A stretch of 64,000 nucleotides of DNA. Origin: Macrostomum hystrix. Its lineage: Eukaryota; Animalia; Platyhelminthes. The notes beneath the pieces are model-generated. The model made no database searches and was not told where the DNA came from. It saw nothing but the letters and a program-made list of their open reading frames with translations. The number at the start of each line of letters is the position of its first letter. Positions within the stretch are counted from its first letter, which is position 1. The stretch is taken from contig CATNEN010000002.1 in the NCBI GenBank assembly GCA_950097015.1, positions 4,154,001 to 4,218,000 on the forward strand, read 5' to 3'. Positions 62,398 through 64,000 of the stretch are shown piece by piece. A program made the position numbers and the translations under genes.

Positions 62398-63342
62398 ATG
62401 GCTGGGCAACCTGCAGCACCCGGGTTCATCATCCCGTTAAACGAGGTTCGAAACACCACCAAGCTACTCAATCTCAACATGTCGCTACAGGATCTGCACA
62501 TCGTCACCCAGGACACGCTGTCTGCAATGCAGTGGTTGGCGAAGTACCATCTGCTTGGCAACACTCGCAACTGTCCATGTGGAACAAACATGAGGCTGCA
62601 GCGGCGCCAGGGAGAACGCTACATCGACGGATACATGTGGGACTGTCAAGCGTGCCATGCCCAAGTGAATATCCACAAGTCTCCTTCTTTGAGGGTTCGC
62701 ACTTGAAGTTGGTCCAGATTGTCGACCTGACGTACTGGTGGTCCCTGGAGACTAAGTCGGCAGAGGCAATGAGCCAGTGTGGCATTGGCAGTTGGAGTAC
62801 AATCGTGGACTGGCACCAGTTCCTGAGGGATATATGCCAACAATTCCTCATTGACCACCAGCTCGAACTTGGCGGCCCTGGCAAGGAGGTGGAGATCGAC
62901 GAGTCAAAGTTTATGCATGGTAAGTACCATCAGGGGGCCTGGCGCGAGGGCCACTGGGTCCTGGGTATGGTCGAGCGTGGCTCTAACAAGTGCATGATGA
63001 CAGTCATTCCGGATTGCTCTGCCGCCACCTTGGTACCAATCATCCAACGGTTTGTACTACCGGGTACGCGCATCATCACCGATGGATGGTTGGTGTACGC
63101 TGGTCTACCCAACTACGTCTTGGTGAACCATCGGCTGCACTTCATAGATCCAGCGGACCCAACAGTCCAAACCAACACTGTGGAGGGCACATGGGCCCAG
63201 GCGAAGCGCAAGATCGGCAATATGCATGGCACGAGCAACACTCTTCAACGCACACATTGAGGAATTTCTCTGGCGTCGTCTGTATCCCCAATGTCCATTT
63301 GGGGCTATCCTGTACTGGATTGGACATTACTATCCATTGTAG
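62398..63342 (+). pseudogene. Merlin (IS1595/ISXO2-like) DDE transposase with two frameshifts
   Basis: Frame A: N-terminal CPC...CQAC zinc ribbon; frame B: VEIDESK, WVLGMVER, ITDGW..Y, VNH, TNTVEGTW; frame C: LFNAHIEEFLWRR to TAG at 63340-63342; shifts near 62680 and 63240; TIRs not found. Confidence 0.88.
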
Positions 63343-63637
63343 ACACCTTAATGACCTGCAGACACACTCTAAGTGACTATGCGCTCTAACAGACTGCTAC
63401 CATGTTCCACTGTTTCAGTTTTGTTTGTTACATTGTTATTTAACACGCCTGTTCAAAATTCAGTGTCAAAATAATTTACTGAACGGAAGTGTAGGATTGC
63501 CGAGACAAATACTAAGAATTCAAGAGAGAGAACTAGAAAGTATTGCTGTACACTTGAGATCATTAGTAGTGCTTTTCAGAAAGTCAATACTCAGAAATAC
63601 ATACAATAAAGCTCTTTAATATATATTAGGGGTCCCA

Positions 63638-63706
63638 GGTCATTTCAGTGACAAGACATTTCAGTGACAGTCATTTCGGTGACAGAATTGGTCAGTTCAG
63701 TGACAA
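63638..63706. repeat. Four short direct repeats (CATTTCAGTGACA-like), resembling the subterminal repeats of a DNA transposon end
   Basis: Direct inspection; partner end not in window. Confidence 0.5.
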
Positions 63707-64000
63707 CTATTTTTGCACCTAAATATGCTAAGAAAACAGCCTTCCACGATCCAGCAGCTGCTTAAAGCCTGCACTCGCCTTGTCAATCCAAAACTTGAAA
63801 AATGTTTATTATACACATTTAATTAGGAACAAATAACTATTGAAACTATTGACTAGGGCCTACTCATTAAATAATTTAATAATTTAACTCATTTAAAGTA
63901 AAACCCAGACTTTAACATAGCAATGCAGCTTCTTATTAATACTTTTAGCATTATTTAATTAATATTTTATGTGTGCATAGTTAAAATGGAAGGCAGTTTT

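Overview
Eukaryotic animal genomic DNA, not prokaryotic. Composition (GC-rich exons, AT-rich introns full of minisatellites) suggests a flatworm such as Macrostomum, but that is inference. Five spliced protein-coding genes can be reconstructed with phase-consistent splice sites: cytoplasmic tryptophanyl-tRNA synthetase (-), an orphan His/Pro-rich protein with a coding 54-bp minisatellite and a probable GC-AG intron (+), a galanin/allatostatin-A-like GPCR (+), an ADAR2-like editing enzyme (-), and an hnRNP R/Q (SYNCRIP)-family RRM protein (-) directly upstream of ADAR on the same strand. Mobile DNA includes a 5'-truncated I-group non-LTR retrotransposon (RT + RNase H + Cys/His knuckle, frame still open) lying inside an (AACC)n microsatellite with no 3' UTR, a frameshifted Merlin/IS1595-like transposase, a 125-bp MITE with an 8-bp TSD, two tRNA-derived SINE families and a LINE RT fragment. 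Roughly 30% of the window (hand estimate) is about two dozen tandem arrays, many with 20-23 bp units. Best leads: the microsatellite-embedded LINE, the same-strand hnRNP R/Q-ADAR pair (possible trans-spliced operon), and a GPCR-intron minisatellite made of splice-signal-like units. All assignments are by eye and from remembered family motifs; no database searches were run.
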